Positions 61,720 to 64,000 of a stretch of 64,000 bases of DNA are shown one piece after another (the first letter of the stretch is position 1; every line of letters starts with the position of its first letter). The stretch is from a virus (taxonomy: Duplodnaviria; Caudoviricetes). The notes beneath the pieces were generated by a model. That model was not told where the DNA came from. It did no database searches and saw only the letters and a list, made by a program, of their open reading frames with translations. A program made the position numbers and the translations under genes. The stretch is from the IMG/VR virus record IMGVR_UViG_3300049859_000309, positions 4,257 to 68,256 of that record; one strand, written 5' to 3'.

Positions 61720-63736
61720 AAATAATTCTGCTTTCTTGGCCTTCTCGAACCGCCACTATTTTACTGGTTATCATTTCTTTTGTTTCTTGGTTATGGTCCA
61801 TAATACCTATCTTTTTGTCTAGGCCGTGGCTAGAAAGAGCGTGGAGGCACGGAAGCCTGCAGGCTGCGTCAAGCCCGTTAAAAGGCTCGTCTAAAATAAA
61901 AAGATCAATTCCGCTTCCAGTCTTTTCTTGTATCAGACTTATAGTGGCTAAGTCAATAGCAAGATCAACGGAGCGTCTTTCTCCACCACTGATAGTATCT
62001 ATAGGGACCGAATCCTCTTCGCCTACAGACAGCATTGGGTTGACCTCTTCTTTTATTGTACCGTTCTTCGATTCCTTAAAAGACTCAAAATGAATAGAGG
62101 CGTTTTCCATATTAGGAATCTGTATTAATATCTTAGAAGCTCTGTCGGCTATATCGGCTAGAGTGTCTGTAAATAGTTGATTTATATAGCTTTTTAAAAA
62201 ACGTATAGAATTTTCCGCAATTTTTAATTTTGCGTTCTTGTCCAATAGTTTTGCCTCTTGCTCTGACAAGGTGGCCAAGTTTAATGTTTTTTTATCAACA
62301 AGCCGTTTTAGGTTTTCCTTGTACGACTCCAAGTCTTTTTCAAAATAAGAAATTTCTGTATGTATTTTGTTATAGACTTGTTTTTCCATGTCAAGCTGTC
62401 CAGCTAACTGATTAAGCGTTGGGCTAAATTCCAGATCTATAGAATGCAAATCTGACTGATTTTTAGCTAAGCTGTTTGAATATTCTTCATCGATTAAAGA
62501 TTTGGCGTTTGCGTACTGGGAGGATAGGCGCTTACTTTCCTCATAGAGTGAGGTCGTTGACTGGCTATAGGCCATCTCCTCTTCAAGAAGCTTAAGATTT
62601 GCAATTTCACTATCGCATTCAGCAAGCTTGCTTTTGATAGCTTCAACCTTGGACAGCGCATCTAGGATCGATTTTTTTTCTTCAAAAAGAGACTTTCCTT
62701 TAGCTATTATTTTTTGAGACTCGGCCTTACTGTTATCGTCCTGCCAGTGCTGCTCGCACGTAGGGCAAGAGCTGTTGTTTATTTTTTCAACATTTTTTTT
62801 AATCTCGGCAAGGTCTTGATCTATTCTGGGGATCTTTTTTTGTAAAAAATCTATTTCGCTTAACTCTTTGTTAAGATTTTTTTGAAAGGTTTGGATCAGA
62901 TCTTTCTTTTTCGAAATCTCGGAAAGCTTAGATGTTTTCTCTTGGTTGATTTTTTTAATTTCTAAATCTATTTCAATCAGTCTGACTGGCTGATCTGGGT
63001 ATGGTCTTTTTAAGACGTCTTTTTCGATCGCGGATAGGTCTTGCGACGCTTTTTCCAGCTTAGCTTCTTGTCTTCTTAAGATCTCGGCATCTACAGAGCG
63101 CTTAGGCTCTTTTAGTCCAGAAAGAGCATCTTCGTATGAATCTAAAGAAGCCCTTGTTATGGCGATCTCATTGGAAATCTTAGACACTTCTAGCTGTAAT
63201 GATGATTGCAGTGCAGATGCTTTTTCTAGTTTTTCTGAAAGAGTGTCCAGTCCTAGGCATTTTAAAAAAAACTCTCTAATCTCTTTAGGTGTTTTTGATA
63301 AAAGGAGACCGTCCTCATCTTGACGCCTATGAAAAGTAGGTCGAAACACATCTCTCGGCATTCCGATAAACTTGTCTAACCACTCTTCAGCTATTTTGTT
63401 GTTTCCTGAGATTTCTATATCGTGACCAGCAACAGAAAGACCTTCGGATTTTCCGCGAGATATTTCATAAACGTGCGGCCCATCTTGTATTTTGGCAGAA
63501 ACTAATATGCCGTCCTTAGTGAGACGGCTTTGTAGTTTGGTTGCTGGGGTAGAGTTGACTCCAAAAAGATATTCCAAAGCCTTCGGTATGGTACTTTTAG
63601 CGGCTCCGCTAGATCCACCCGTGTTTTTGTTTTGACCACCTATTTGAAAAAAATTAGGCATACTATTAAAATCAATAGTGTGCTCGCCTACGAATCGGCC
63701 AAAATTTTTAACAGTTAGGCTCAATACCTTTTTCAT
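61712..63736 (-). CDS. SbcC/Rad50/gp46-like ATPase
   Basis: Walker A GGSSGAAKST, long coiled coil with CPTC zinc hook, ISGGE signature, LDEPFNGLD, IMDH. Confidence 0.92.
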   Translation of the reverse strand: MKKVLSLTVKNFGRFVGEHTIDFNSMPNFFQIGGQNKNTGGSSGAAKSTIPKALEYLFGVNSTPATKLQSRLTKDGILVSAKIQDGPHVYEISRGKSEGLSVAGHDIEISGNNKIAEEWLDKFIGMPRDVFRPTFHRRQDEDGLLLSKTPKEIREFFLKCLGLDTLSEKLEKASALQSSLQLEVSKISNEIAITRASLDSYEDALSGLKEPKRSVDAEILRRQEAKLEKASQDLSAIEKDVLKRPYPDQPVRLIEIDLEIKKINQEKTSKLSEISKKKDLIQTFQKNLNKELSEIDFLQKKIPRIDQDLAEIKKNVEKINNSSCPTCEQHWQDDNSKAESQKIIAKGKSLFEEKKSILDALSKVEAIKSKLAECDSEIANLKLLEEEMAYSQSTTSLYEESKRLSSQYANAKSLIDEEYSNSLAKNQSDLHSIDLEFSPTLNQLAGQLDMEKQVYNKIHTEISYFEKDLESYKENLKRLVDKKTLNLATLSEQEAKLLDKNAKLKIAENSIRFLKSYINQLFTDTLADIADRASKILIQIPNMENASIHFESFKESKNGTIKEEVNPMLSVGEEDSVPIDTISGGERRSVDLAIDLATISLIQEKTGSGIDLFILDEPFNGLDAACRLPCLHALSSHGLDKKIGIMDHNQETKEMITSKIVAVREGQESRIIYE

Positions 63737-63996
63737 CAGTCTCCTCTGTTTTCGCCTTTTCTCGATCTTTCATGATTAAGCTCGACAACGTCTGGGTATA
63801 TTTCTACTTGGCGTGCCTGAGTTTCTCTTCCTACTACGATCTTAGACGAAGAGCTTGGAGAAGACAAGGTTCTTTTTGATAAAGAGCCGCATTCCTTGCA
63901 GGCGTGACTGGGCTGTATTTCTTTCACGTCTTTGATCAGGAGATTAAAAAAGGCTCCACAATCGGGAGCCTGACACTTATACCTTATCATGGGCAT
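63736..63996 (-). CDS. FmdB-like zinc-ribbon protein
   Basis: MPMIRYKCQAPDCG...CKECGS...RTLS. Confidence 0.75.
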   Translation of the reverse strand: MPMIRYKCQAPDCGAFFNLLIKDVKEIQPSHACKECGSLSKRTLSSPSSSSKIVVGRETQARQVEIYPDVVELNHERSRKGENRGD

Positions 63997-64000
63997 AATA

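Noticed and set aside
1-64000. Stop-codon reassignment as seen in some large phages
   Set aside because: Conserved genes (dnaE, nrdJ, thyA, SbcC-like) are intact in the standard code, and TAA, TAG and TGA all end genes

Overview
This is a 64 kb segment of a large, AT-rich tailed bacteriophage genome with a contractile tail (myovirus-like). It reads in the standard genetic code and is almost fully coding. It has three blocks. (1) 1-13.4 kb, minus strand: many small early/middle genes plus SSB, a Fis-like HTH protein, an ECF-like sigma factor, thyA, a DUF932-like protein, a degenerate IMPDH/GMPR-like protein, a nucleotidyltransferase and dUTPase, with one plus-strand HNH endonuclease. (2) 13.6-40.8 kb, plus strand: tape measure, hub, spike, baseplate and tail-fibre genes, including a 2186-aa baseplate-J-like protein. 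This block is interrupted by two small minus-strand units. (3) 40.8-64 kb, minus strand: PLP aminotransferase, CYTH protein, ClpP, primase, DnaB-like helicase, RecA/UvsX, UvsY-like and gp32-like proteins, DnaE, DnaQ, a metallophosphoesterase, class II RNR, a RuvC-like resolvase and an SbcC-like ATPase. No capsid, terminase, sheath, integrase, tRNA or CRISPR array was seen. The most unusual items are a highly structured ~150-nt candidate ncRNA (8613-8760, minus strand) with its own putative promoter and terminator, two recurrent phage-specific intergenic motifs (AATCTTAA and GATACTATA), an apparently catalytically dead IMPDH/GMPR homologue, and a coupled CYTH plus aminotransferase gene pair. 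All family assignments come from motif recognition by eye; no database searches were run.
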